Source: Eledone cirrhosa (lineage: Eukaryota). Taken from it: a stretch of 64,000 bases of DNA. Position 1 is the first letter of the stretch, and every line of letters begins with the position of its first letter. The notes beneath the pieces were generated by a model that was given only the letters and a program-made list of their open reading frames with translations, was not told where the DNA came from and made no database searches. The position numbers were made by a program, and so were the translations under genes. Positions 51,660 to 63,879 of this stretch are shown here, one piece after another. Location of the stretch: the NCBI GenBank assembly GCA_964016885.1, contig OZ024740.1, forward strand, positions 197,284,001 through 197,348,000. The letters are read 5' to 3'.

Positions 51660-52112
51660 ATATTAAAGAGTGTAAAAACCAAACTGGCTATCTTTAATTC
51701 GGTATTCGTGCCAACCCTAACCTATGGTCATGAATCTTGGGTAATGATCGAAAATGTACGATCACGAATACAAGCAGCCGAAATGGGGTTCCTGCGAAAT
51801 GCCTATGGAGTAAAATTACTCGATAGAGTGCGTGGCTCGGAGATCAGAGTCGCGAATTCTCCGAATATTATGGACATATGGTTAGTATGTCTCAGGAAAG
51901 AATCGCTGGGTATATTTTACGGGTAAAACCAACTGGCGGGGCGCTAGTAGTAGAACCCGAGTAAAATGGTTGGATAACATCCATGAGTTTGGGGATCCAG
52001 CAGGATCAATTGGAGATGGTTGCTTCTGACAGGACCGGCTGGATGGAGTGTTTGAGGAATCTTCCACCACAACCCTCTCATGAATAATGGGCGAATCATA
52101 ATAATAAATAAT
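51660..52112 (+). mobile_element. RTE-clade LINE 3' fragment (different family) in the ZNF-B intron
   Basis: KTKLAIFNSVFVPTLTYGHESW..RIQAAEMGFLR; (TAA)-like tail. Confidence 0.75.
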
Positions 52113-52325
52113 TCAGAGAACATCAGTCGGTCCACCTAAAGTGTAATGTATAACAGCACATATTGTATACGATGTATACAACAAAGGAAAAACCTTGTTT
52201 CATTTAGCGACGTTAAATATAATTAAATGGTGTATTATAAAATTTTTCAATTATTATAATTACGGTATACTGGGAGGGAGAAACACAATTCTATTACGTG
52301 AACAAAGAAATGTTTGTCAACTTAC

Positions 52326-52445
52326 GCTTTTCAGAAGTAAACAGTGAATCATTGTGAGTTTTTATAAAACTACCAAAGAATTAATCTCGTTGTTTTTAAC
52401 TGTTTTAATCAACTTTAATCTACAACATAAACTGCAGATTCTTCT
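52326..52445 (-). other. Putative non-coding first exon of ZNF-B
   Basis: GTAAGT donor at 52325-52320; conserved with 5764-5870. Confidence 0.6.
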
Positions 52446-52912
52446 TCCTGTAGTGAAGCTGACTTTATATCATTAGCCGCAGTTACGATTCGAAACATAG
52501 TGTGTAATATTTTGGATTGGCTGTCTCGGTAGAACGTCGATACCATGCTATATGGCATAGAATTACGCTCCTTTGCATTCTGAGTTCACCTTTACCTTTC
52601 ATCCTTAAATGGATCGATAAAGTAAAGTATCAGTAATCCACTGGATTCGGTTTAATCGACTTTTCCCTCCCCCAAGTAAAGTTGTATTTCTATTGCGAGA
52701 ATTTGATGGTCGTGTTGGTAGTTGATTGTGTTGTGGTGCTGATTCCTTTGTTGCGTGTGTGTTCACTTGTAGCTTGCTGTGTGGTGTGGTGTGGTCAGTG
52801 TTGTGTAGTATAGTGTGACCAGAGGTTGCATGTGTGCAGGTAAGTGTTCAATAAGATGATGATGATATTGATCACGCAGAAAATGTATATAAATGAACCC
52901 CGATGACACCAA

Positions 52913-53255
52913 ACTGCTATATTTATTGAAAATAGCTCACACCGAAGTTATACGAAAATTACACAAGAATGATCGACTTTATTTGTTTGTAAAAGTAGAA
53001 TTAAATAGTATTTACCAAGAAAACTTCATGAACTTCACTGGCTTGGTTGAGAGAGAGACTAAGAGAGAGTTAGAGTTAGAGAAGGTAAGAGTCTGTAAGA
53101 CCCCCAAAGGATCTGTAGAAAGCAAATGTTTACATGTTTACTCTATCTAGAATTGCTCAAATTGCCTGGCCTGATCTAAGGCAGGCTATTTGTCGCTTCC
53201 TGTCTCCATGACTTGAGAACAAAAAGCGAACCTTTCCAGGTCGTCGAATCTCAGA
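52913..53255 (+). repeat. Second copy of the 44600 block
   Basis: Direct similarity; donor GTAAGA at 53085. Confidence 0.7.
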
Positions 53256-53605
53256 AGTTGATAATGCAGATCTTGCTGCGTGGTGTGGTCACTGTTGTGT
53301 GACCACACCACACACCAAAAAAGAGGAATGTTATTTTGGGTGTAATTGTAGTTTGTTTGTCTGTTTTGTATGGATCTGTAGTTTTTTATGAGAGTTAATA
53401 TGGTGATGGGGGTGGTACCTGTTGTAGTTGTTAATGTGCGAAGGCTTTGTTGGGATTTCATGTAGTCTGTGTGGATTTCTTCAGAAGTATATGTTGCAGG
53501 TTTGTTCTATGTTGTTTTGGGGTTAGTTTTTGTGGATACCTATGTTGTGGTGGTTGGGTATATTTCTTCTGTTGTATAATCCCACTCAACACAAACCAAC
53601 TACAA

Positions 53606-53646
<41 letters not shown>

Positions 53647-53652
<6 letters not shown>

Positions 53653-54102
53653 ATTAAATAAATGGAAAACTATATTTATAAAACCATATTTATTTCATTA
53701 TATATATTTCGGGGATATCATATTAACAATATGCTATGCCTTCATCAGACAAAATACAATATAAACAGTTTTATAGATAAATATATTCGACATACCGTAA
53801 TAAACATCAACTTCATTTGAAGAGGTTTACTCTAGCAGTGAAAATACTTTCTCTCTTTTCTTTCTCTTTTTCTTTCTTTCTTTCTCTCTTTCTTTCTCTC
53901 TGTATTTTCACTGCTAGAGTAAACCTCTTCAAATGAAGTTGATGTTTATTACGGTATGTCGAATATATTTATCTATAAAACTGTTTATATTGTATTTTGT
54001 CTGATGAAGGCATAGCATATTGTTAATATGATATCCCCGAAATATATATAATGAAATAAATATGGTTTTATAAATATAGTTTTCCATTTATTTAATATTG
54101 TA
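53647..54102. repeat. Apparently perfect 201-bp inverted repeat with a 54-bp pyrimidine spacer
   Basis: 53647-53847 is the reverse complement of 53902-54102. Confidence 0.92.
53994..54057 (+). ncRNA. Type I hammerhead motif (mirror copy on the minus strand at 53692-53755)
   Basis: ATTTTGT-CTGATGA-stem II-GAAA-TATATA-TA-ATGAAAT. Confidence 0.65.
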
Positions 54103-54186
54103 AATATACTCCAAATATTTGTCGAGTGCTTTTATATCAGTTATAAATATTTACTAGTTGTAACCCAACAATTTTAAATATAACTT

Positions 54187-54237
<51 letters not shown>

Positions 54238-54243
<6 letters not shown>

Positions 54244-54386
54244 TCTGAAGACGGCATATATGTGTGTTTGGTATGTATATTTAATCTTGATAGTTTGTAT
54301 AATTTTGTATAATTTTGTACATAGATCTGTTGAATATGCATGCCAATTCTAACACATATATATCCTAGAAACGATCGTTAAATAAT
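54238..54386 (+). ncRNA. Type I hammerhead motif with a stem II of about 116 nt
   Basis: ATTATTT-CTGAAGA-(ggcatatatgtgt..acacatatatatcc)-GAAA-CGATCG-TT-AAATAAT. Confidence 0.62.
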
Positions 54387-54583
54387 GAACTTTTTTTGTT
54401 TAATATAAGGAACTGTTTCATTGTTTTATTCATTATTTGTTTAATATTTTATCTTGACTCTGTATTCCGTTTATCTTTCACCGAAAGTGATTTTTCATTA
54501 CATCTCTTCTTTCCATGATATCCGAAATACATTGAGTTCTTCATACGGATTGGACACTACCGTAAACTCTTGGTAGATTTATC

Positions 54584-54651
<68 letters not shown>

Positions 54652-54655
<4 letters not shown>

Positions 54656-56070
54656 ACGGAATATTATGTGTGTTTGTAACGATAAGTAGATGGATGGATA
54701 TAACTGTTGGTATGGTGGTTTCGATGTAAAGAAAAATACCAGGTTTGTGTTGTTACAATATTCAATTTGAATATTGAATGATAAAATCAATAACACAAAA
54801 GGCATAGGTTAATTATAACGTTCGAGAAAGTGAAAGTCATTTTTCTGACAAGTGAATGTTTTTTTTGTTTTTTTTACATTGAAATTTACGATACAGTTTG
54901 TTTATTTACAACAGGTCTCTATAGTGATATGGTGTTAATTAGTATTGCGTGTGTGATTATTTTCTCTTATATATATATGTGTGGGTGTGTATATGTGTGT
55001 ATAAATATGTGTGTCTGTATGTATATATATATGTGTGTTTGTATATATATGTGTTTGTGTCATCATCATCGTTTAGATGTTTTTGTAATATCTTGCCAAA
55101 ATTGGCACCAACTATAAACAAATTAAGGCCGGGTCATAAGAAGGACAGAGAATGATAAGGGATTTGGGTAAAAACATCTAAACGATGATGATGACACAAA
55201 CACACATATATATATACAAACACACATATATATATACATACAGACACATATATATACACATACAGACACACATATATATACACACATATACACACCCACA
55301 CATATATATATAAGAGAAAATAATCACACACGCAATACTAATTAACACCATATCACTATAGAGACCTGTTGTAAATAAACAAACTGTATCGTAAATTTCA
55401 ATGTAAAAAAACAAACAAACACATTCACTTGTCAGAAAATTGACTTTCACTTTCTCGAACGTTATAATTAACCTATGCCAACACAAAAAATTCATACAAT
55501 AATTTGTTGGCTCTTCGAGCCACGTAAATTCAAGTATCACAGAATACGATTATAATATAATTTGTACTGTATCAGAAAGGTACAATATGTGTAAACAGAA
55601 ATGGTGTGTGTATAAATACTGAACTCACTATGAATGCGTGTGTGCGTATCAGTATATTTACTTGTTTGTATTGCAGGAGTCAGCGATCAACCAAGAAGGT
55701 GAGAATAAGTGGCGGACTGGTTTTTCGTGACGAGAGCTTGTAAATGCGACTTGTCTTGTCTGTATATCACTTCTTTTCTGTCGGGGCGTGAACAACCCCT
55801 GTATTTATAAGAGTTGAAGTTAGAAGGATAGATATATCAAACCGATGACATGTGTGAGACGGGATGCCTCACTAACGATCCGGTTCGATGCGAACTGCGC
55901 TTCGATGTGCGCGAACCACAGTGTTGGATCGTGCACCCAGAATGGTGGAATCCTTAATGTAAATGCCGCCCTGACTGCCATTTCTGCCGCTGATGAATCG
56001 TCGTGTGCTAGAGACATCGTTTGTAGTGGATGATCAGAAGGTTGTGTGTCTGTTTTACGGGGTCACCAGT
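54652..56070 (-). mobile_element. Internally deleted Gypsy copy: partial LTR joined to the gag 5' end and PBS
   Basis: LTR sequence 54652-55838 fused at ATC to a gag start identical to 63592-63826. Confidence 0.85.
54801..55479. mobile_element. Mutator-type MITE inserted in the Gypsy LTR
   Basis: TIRs of about 280-310 bp starting GGCATAGG; 9-bp TSD AACACAAAA at 54792-54800 and 55480-55488. Confidence 0.88.
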
Positions 56071-56812
56071 TGTAACGGAATATTATGTGTGTTTGTAACG
56101 ATAAGTGGATGGATGGATGTAACTGTTGGTATGGTGGTTTCGATGTAAAGAAAAATACCAGGATTGTGTTGTTACAAAGTTTATTTTATTATAACAATAT
56201 TCAATTTGAATATTGAATGATAAAATCAATAACACAAAATATTCATACAATAATTTGGTGGCTCTTCGAGCCATGTAAATTCAAGTATCACAGAATACGA
56301 TTATAATATAATTTGTACTGTATCATAAAGGTACAATATGTGTAAACAGAAATGGTGCGTGTATAAATACCGAACTCACTATGAATGCGTGTGTGCGTAT
56401 CAGTATATTTACTTGTTTGTATTGCAAGAGTCAGCGATCAGCCAAGAAGGTGAGAATAAGTGGCGGACTGGTTTTTCGTGACGAGAGCTTGTAAATGCGA
56501 CTTGTCTTGTCTGTATATCACTTCTTTTCTATCGGGGCGTGAGCAACCCCTGTATTTATAAGAATTGAAGTTAGAAGGATAGATATATCCTCTGAACTTT
56601 GGTTAGTCTCTCCCAAGGTATTAGTTTGCCAAGCGTAAACAAGTCAGAAAGATGGATATATCCTCTGACCTATTTTCTGTCAGGCGTAAACACTTCTGAC
56701 CTGTGTTTAGCCTCTCCCAAGGGGTTAATCTCTTAAGCGTAAACAAGTTACCACGGCTTGTCCCAGAGGCGGGAAAGCTCAGATTCGGTTTCGAATCTTC
56801 GCCACCGTTATA
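56071..56812 (-). repeat. Intact Gypsy LTR (742 bp) shared by two tandem elements
   Basis: PBS on its left (56058-56068) and G-rich PPT on its right (56816-56836); termini TATAACGG..CCGTTACA. Confidence 0.9.
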
Positions 56813-57553
56813 GTACCCCCCTCTCCCCCCCCCCCCGTCCAGTGAGAAAGCTAAGATTGAACGATCTAGGTGCATGTGAAATGAAAATAGGTATGAATAG
56901 GTATGTTGTTGAAGAAAATCAGTAAAAATAAAAAAACAAATGAAAGTCATTTACAAACAGGAGAAATGAAAAAACATGCAAAGCAAAAGAATTTTACATG
57001 CAGGAAAATGTACTGTGATGTTACATAAAATTGAAAATGTTCGTACGAAAAGTTTGTTGATTAAAAGTTCGTTCATTTCATAGAAACGGAAAAATGTTCT
57101 TTTGTCTGTTCTTTTGATGTGGGTGATGCACAGAGTTAATTGATTTGTGTGTAACAATAGTTCATGACTACAGAAATTGGCCGATTCGTTGAAATGTACA
57201 AATTAGCCGAAATGTCGACCAGATGCATAATTTGTACTTACCCGATAAACTTATACGTATCGCGTGGGCCATCGGACTGTTCTTCCAGATTTGGTGTGTC
57301 GGGGTTGTGCAGAATTTGTCGTGTTTGTGTCGGGCAAAGTTGTTGGTGAGTCTGCTGGAGAAACGGTGGGTACTGGTGGCAATTCCTGTTCTATGAACGC
57401 TTTTTTTAAACGATCAATGGAGACGGTATTTCGTTTCCCGTTCAAGTCGAGGACGAAAGGGCGTTTCTGTATCACCTTATAGGGCCCGGAATACAGCGGA
57501 CGAAGTTGCGATGGAATACCGTCATTTCTAACGAAAACATGTGTCCATGTATC

Positions 57554-60333
57554 TGTAACGGAATATTATGTGTGTTTGTAACGACAAGTGGATGGATGGA
57601 TGTAACTGTTGGTATGGTGGTATAGCGGAATGCTAGTGTGTATGAATGTAACAAAATAGACATGGTTTGTGTGTATAATATTTAATCAACAATTTAACAG
57701 TATAGTTAACATGTCAATGAATAAACGAAATAATGAAGCAAAGTTAGTAGTTACCGTTTTGATTGCCAGGCAAACGCGGCTGGCAGAAGACGCCTGGCGA
57801 AGGCCAGGCGCCGGAAGGGCAAATGAGAGAGTGAGAACTTAAAGTTGTTAGTTTTATAGGGTTCTGACCGGAAGTTACAGAAAGGGTTCTACTTCCTGTC
57901 TAGATGGTGTTGTGAGTGTCACAACAAGGGAGGCAACTGCTACATAACCCCCTGCCAGAATTTTAGAATATAAAAATCGAATGAAATAGGTAGCAAGTTG
58001 GCGAGAATGTTGTAACAGGTGGTGAAAATTACGACAAAAGAATGTTTGCGAAAATCAATGATAGATATCAAGGTAGCCAACCGCTCTTGGCCAGAGAACG
58101 ACTGGACATCTATCTATCCATCACCCAAAGATACAATGTAACAAAGTAAGAGAAGAGCTCAAACTTCAAATGTACAAAATATAGTTCACAGGTGTGCAAT
58201 CACATGACAGCAGGAAAGAAAGTGTGTTCCAGAGAATGAATGCAGGTGGTTTCTGTTCTGTGGTATATCGTGAAATTTCCAACCTCCGAATGGATTTTCT
58301 CACAGGAAGAGTGCTGCAAAAATAAATTCTCTGGCTTGTTCTGCTGGTTTTGGTTGTTGGTGAAGCTGTGTTGCTGTTGATGTTGTTGTCTCGCGGAGTG
58401 AGCGTATTCGGTGTTTAAATTCACAGTAAAAAAATTTTTTTCAGAATAAATGAGTTGCGCAAAGTGATAGAAATAACAGCCGAAGTTGATGGTCGATGTT
58501 GAGAATGCGTTGACCTGGAATGGTCAAGAGGCCAGCGACCAAATAAATAAGCATTCTGAATAAATGCGCAGTTTTCAACGGCAAATTTACGTGGTAAATT
58601 TTTAAACCGGCAAATAGGAGAATATAGCTTAAGGCTGAAGAATCCTTGGCGAGAAACGTTACTCTGGCGTGCCTATCTCTGTGAGTCGAGATATCTCCGT
58701 GAGTTGAGAATTTGTGCTGCCTACACGTGCCAATACAAGGTTAAGTTAGGTTGAAAAAACAATATTTCTAACGCGCGAGAAAATGATAGTGCAAGTGTGA
58801 AAGTGACAATGATGAAAAAGAAAGGCTTCACTTAGCATAATTATTGGTGTGAACTTTGAAAAAAAAACTTGAACGATGAAGGAAACGATGAAAAAAAAAG
58901 GCAATGGTTCATCGAAAATAAATGTTCCTGTTGAAATGTTTTTTAAAAAAATTATCAAATTTCTTTTTTTTTTTTTTTTTTTTTTTGAAAGTGTTCGTTG
59001 TAGGAAACGAGAAACATATATATATCGTGAAATGCGACAGTTAGTTGATGCGTGAGAGAAAAAGTCTGTCTGAACACGAATTTCACATGTGCGTGGTGTG
59101 TTCGTTTCTTGGAGAAACATATATATATATACAGCAAACTGCGACAGTTAGTGGATGCGTGAGGGAAAAAGAATGTCTGCACGAAAGTTTCACATGTGCG
59201 TGTGTGCGTTTCTTTGACTGAGTATTTTCATAGTTTGTCAATAAATTTGCTGTGTATTCGTAATGTTACTCACACAACACCAGATTCTGCTATTTTTTTC
59301 TTTTTTCGGGGTGACCACTTATAACAATGAACGGCTGCGTGTTCGTATCACGTCAGGGTTACCAATATAGCGGAATGCTAGTGGTGTATGAATGTAACAA
59401 GGAGACATGGTTTGTGTGTATAATATTTAATCAACAATTTAACAGTATAGTTGACATAAGCGAAAGAATGAAGCAAAGTTAGTAGTTACCGTTTTAATTG
59501 CCAGGCAAACGCGGCTGGCAGAAGACGCCTGGCGAAGGCCAGGCGCCGGAAGAGCAAATGAGAGAGTGAGAACTTAAAGTTGTTAGTTGTATAGGGTTCT
59601 GACCGGAAGTTACAGAAAGGGTTCTACTTCCTGTCTAGATGGTGTTGTGAGTGTCACAACAAGGGAGGCAACTGCTACAGTGGTTTCGGTGTAAATAAAA
59701 ATACCAGGAGTGTTGTTACAAAGTTTATTTTATTACAGCAATATTCAATTTGAATATTGAATGATAAAATAATTGACACAAAATATTCATACAATAATTT
59801 GGTGGCTCTTCGAGCCACGTAAATTCAAATATCACAGAATACGATTATAATATGTGTAAAACAGAAATGAATGGTGCGTGTACAAATGTTGGACTCACTA
59901 TGAATTGCGTGTGTTCGGCGTATCAGTATATTTACTTATTTGTATTGCAGGAGTCAGCGATCAGCCAGGAAGGTGAGAATAAGTGGTAGACTTGTTTTTC
60001 GTGACGAGAGCTTGTAAATGAGACTCGTATTGTCTGTATCCACTGCTTTTCTGTTTTAGGCGTAAACAATCCCTCTATTTATAAGAGTTGAAGTAAGAAG
60101 GATAGATATATCCTCTGAACTTTGGTTAGTCTCCCAAGGGATTAGTTTGCCAAGCGTAAACAAGTCAGAAAGATGGATATATCCTCTGACCTATTTTCTG
60201 TCAGGCGTAAACACCTCTGACCTGTGTTTAGCTTCTCCCAAGGGGTTAGTCTCTTGAGCGTAAACAAGTTACCACGGCTTGTCCCAGAGGCGGGAAAACT
60301 CAGATTCGGTTTCGAATCTTCGCCGCCGTTATA
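57554..60333 (-). mobile_element. Solo LTR of the same Gypsy family inserted in the integrase 3' region
   Basis: 4-bp TSD TATC at 57550-57553 and 60334-60337; removal restores PKDID-TWTHVFVRND..YSGPY. Confidence 0.9.
57621..59679 (-). mobile_element. Non-autonomous LTR retrotransposon (TRIM/LARD-like), LTRs at 57621-57944 and 59366-59679
   Basis: TSD GTGG; PBS TGGTAACCCTGACGTGAT; PPT GGCAGGGGG; no recognisable coding sequence inside. Confidence 0.9.
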
Positions 60334-63160
60334 TATCGATGTCTTTTGGTATGTGTGAAGTAACGTGCTGTTGTTTAGGGGCTGAAGGAGACAGATGCGA
60401 CATCGATGACCGTAAACGGTGCACATATTTTGTTGGGTCTGGAAGTTCTTGTGGCGAAACAGGAGCGATCATTTGTCCGGGTAGAGTGAGTACGGTGCCA
60501 TACAACATTTCAGCCGGATCACCCCCGACTCCCTCCTTTACAGTGGAACGAATACCAAGAAGAATGAGTGGGAGGTATTCGAACCAGTTAGTGAAGTCTT
60601 CGTAAGCCTTGATAGATGCTTTTAGCTGGCGGTGGAAGCGTTCTACCATGCCGTTAGCGGCAGGGTGATACGCTGTTGTACGGATGTGTTTGCACCCGAG
60701 GAGACGAGTCAGCTCGGTAAATAGGTGCGAATCGAACTGACGTCCTCTATCCGTAGTGATGGTCGCGGGTGTGCCGAAACGCGAAACCCAGTGAAACACT
60801 AGCGCTTTGGCGACAGTTTCCGCAGAAATATCCGTCAGGGGAAAAGCTTCTGGCCAGCGAGAAAATCGGTCGACACATGTGAGAAGATGAGTGTAGTTGT
60901 GAGAAGGAGGCAAAGGTCCAACGATGTCTATATGCACATGTTGGAACCGTGCATCAGGTGTTGCGAAAGAACCGATCGGGGCTTTGATGTGCCGGTGAAT
61001 TTTCGCCTTCTGGCACGCGATACAGTTCCTAGCCCGTTCGCGGGTGTCCTTGTTGATGTTAGGCCACACAAAGCGGGCAACCATCAGTTTCTGCATGGCG
61101 CGGACGCCAGGATGTGCCAGAGAATGCAGTGCCGAGAAAACGTCGCGTCGATGTTTCCGGGGCACGTATGGGCGCCCGTGGCCTGTGGAGATGTCGCACC
61201 AAATATAACCCGAAGAAGAGGGCAGCTGGCATTCCTTCAATTTCCGGAGTTGCAGCAGTTCCTCGTCATTCTGTTGATCCGCTGCAATCCTCTGGAGGTC
61301 GATAGTGGCAGTGGTGTGGATTGCGTTAAGCTTCATGCGCGATTGGGCATCAGCTGCTGAGTTGGTGGCACCCTTAATGTACCGAATATCAGTAGTGTAC
61401 TGAGAAATGAAGTCCAGATGTCGGACCTCCCTGGGTGAGTGTCGGTCAGGCTTAGCGTTGAACGCGTACACTAGTGGTTTGTGGTCGGTGTATATAGAGA
61501 ACACACGACCTTTTAGCATGTGTCGAAAATGCTTGACAGCAAGGTATGCTGCCAATAATTCACGAGTGAATATGCTGTACTTAGTTTCGGCGGGTTTTAA
61601 TCGCTTAGAGAAAAAAGATACAGGTCGCCAAATATCGCCAGAGAGTTGTTGAAGCACACCTCCAACTCCGAAATCGGATGCATCAGTCAATAAACACATT
61701 GGGGCGTCAGGTTTGGGGTAACTCAGCATTGTAGCCTCGGACAACATTTTCTTCAACTCAGCGAAAGCGGTACATCCTTTTTCGCTGAGATTGATGTTTG
61801 CGTTTTTGGTTGTACGCTGCCGCAGCAAATCTGTGAGTGGTTGGGCTGTCTCTGCACAGTGGGGTATAAATCTTCTGTAGAAGTTTACCAGGCCAAGAAA
61901 TTCTCGCAGTTTGCGGAGAGATGTAGGTTGTGGAAAATCAATGATGGATTTGACTTTCTCCTTAAGTGGGCGAATACTATCTTTGTCAATGATGTGTCCC
62001 AGAAAATGAAGGGACGCAGCTCCGAACTCACATTTGCTGGGGTTGATAACAATTCCGTATTCACGCAAACGTGTGAATAGGAGATCCAGGTGTTTCTCAT
62101 GTTCTTCATCGGAGCTGCTGGCCACCAGTAAGTCGTCAATGTATGCGTATACAAAAGGTAGACCTCTGGTGACTGTATCGATGAATCGCTGGAATGTCTG
62201 CGCTGCATTTCGCAAACCGAAAAGCATACGCAGAAATTCGAACATTCGAAAGGGTGTTGTGACGGCGGTCTTAGGAATATCTGCAGGCTCAACGGGTATC
62301 TGATTGTAAGCTCGCACAAGATCGATCTTCGAAAATATGCGAGCACCGTGTAGCGAGCTAGAGAAGTCCTGTAGATGAGGCACTGGATAAGAGTCAGGAA
62401 CGGTGCAGTTGTTCAGTGCACGGTAGTCGCCACAGATTCGCCAGTCGTTCGACGACTTCTTGGGTACACAGTGTATGGGTGAGGACCAGTTGCTGCTGGG
62501 CGGACGTATGATGCCGAGATCCAGCATGTGCTGAAATTTTTGTTTGACGGACTTCAGCCGGTCTGGTGGTAGCCTTCTAGGTCGTGCAGCGACAGGTGGG
62601 CCGTGTGTTTTTATGTGGTGTGTGACATCATGTTTTACAGGGCAAGCGTTGAATAGTGGTCGAGCTACGTCTGGGTATTTGTTGATGATGTGGTTGTGCC
62701 AAGTTGTTGTCGATCGTGAAATGACTGGACTGACTGTGGCTGTCCTAACGGCTATGCCGCACACAGCGAGACCAGTGGAGTTGTCAACGAGTCGTTGGTT
62801 TTTCAGGTCCACTAGCAGTGAGAAGTGCTGAAGAAAGTCAGCTCCTAAAATAGGGGTCGGCAGCTTAGCCACAACGAATACCCACTGGAAAGTGCGGCGT
62901 AGTCCCAAATTTAGTGTCAGGGACTGTTCTCCGTAGGTCGGAATATGTGAGTGATTCACCGCCTGGAGCCAGGCTGGTGTCTCTCTCCTTTTTCCAGGAA
63001 CGCAGGAAACCGGGATGATGCTGACTTCAGCACCGGTGTGGACCAGGAAACGCGTGTCTGTGACGCGATCCTGAATGAAAAATAGGCGACTTTGGTTATG
63101 AGGGCCAGAAACGTCCGTCGCATTCAGTTTCTGGCTGTGTCGTTTCCCTGATTCGTTTTC
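60334..63160 (-). pseudogene. pol: Gypsy pol (PR-RT-RNase H-IN), CsRn1-like; C-terminus continues at 57251-57553
   Basis: LVHTGA (catalytic D changed to H), DYRALN, YIDD, TDASD, HSLAH..CIAC, TDRGRQF and NGMVERFH. Confidence 0.93.
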
Positions 63161-63773
63161 GAAACAAATGAACAGGGATGGCTGCACTTTTGCGCTCGTC
63201 TCCCGAATCTTTGGTGGTTCCAACACATTTCTGGTTAATCCCGAGATGCGCTCGGAATTCTTGAGCGACCACCAAATCGGCAAGTTCTTCTATGGTGGTG
63301 GACTCCCTGGTGGATGCTAGTACAACTTGTGTGGCAGAAGGCAAACGCTGGAGGAAGTGTTGCTTGAAAATTTCATCCGGGAGTTTATGTTCGCCCAGAA
63401 GCTGCTTCATTCGCCGTAGGAGTTGCGTCGGCTTTTTATCTCCTAATTCCTCCGATATGAGGAGCTGGTGTAAACGCTTCTGCTATGACTCCGACGTCCG
63501 CTTAACTAATGTTCTTTTAAATGTGTCATATGACGCAGAGCCGGGTGGTGCTAAAATGAGGCCTCGAACCTCATTCATAATCTCCGGAGACATCAAACCG
63601 ATGACATGTGTGAGACGGGATGCCTCACTAACGATCCGGTTCGATGCGAACTGCGCTTCGATGTGCGCGAACCACAGTGTTGGATCGTGCACCCAGAATG
63701 GTGGAATCCTTAATGTAAATGCCGCCCTGACTGCCATTTCTGCCGCTGATGAATCGTCGTGTGCTAGAGACAT
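63124..63773 (-). pseudogene. gag: Gypsy gag with a CHCC motif, premature stop and frameshift
   Basis: IPPFW..DP.LWF..EAQF; [18 protein letters not shown]; stop at 63483-63485; slippery GGGAAAC at 63148-63142. Confidence 0.85.
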
Positions 63774-63813
63774 CGTTTGTAGTGGATGATCAGAAGGTTG
63801 TGTGTCTGTTTTA

Positions 63814-63824
63814 CGGGGTCACCA
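63814..63824 (-). promoter_or_regulatory. Primer-binding site complementary to tRNA-Trp
   Basis: TGGTGACCCCG two bases after the LTR end. Confidence 0.8.
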
Positions 63825-63826
63825 GT

Positions 63827-63879
63827 TGTAACGGAATATTATGTGTGTTTGTAACGATAAGTGGATGGATGGATGTAAC
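63827..63879 (-). repeat. Gypsy 5' LTR (U5 end), interrupted at 63880
   Basis: Identical to 56071-56123. Confidence 0.9.

Noticed and set aside
60329-63283. Active 984-aa Pol
   Set aside because: Protease DTG is changed to HTG, the integrase tail is cut by a solo LTR, gag has a stop, and the listed start is not the real one
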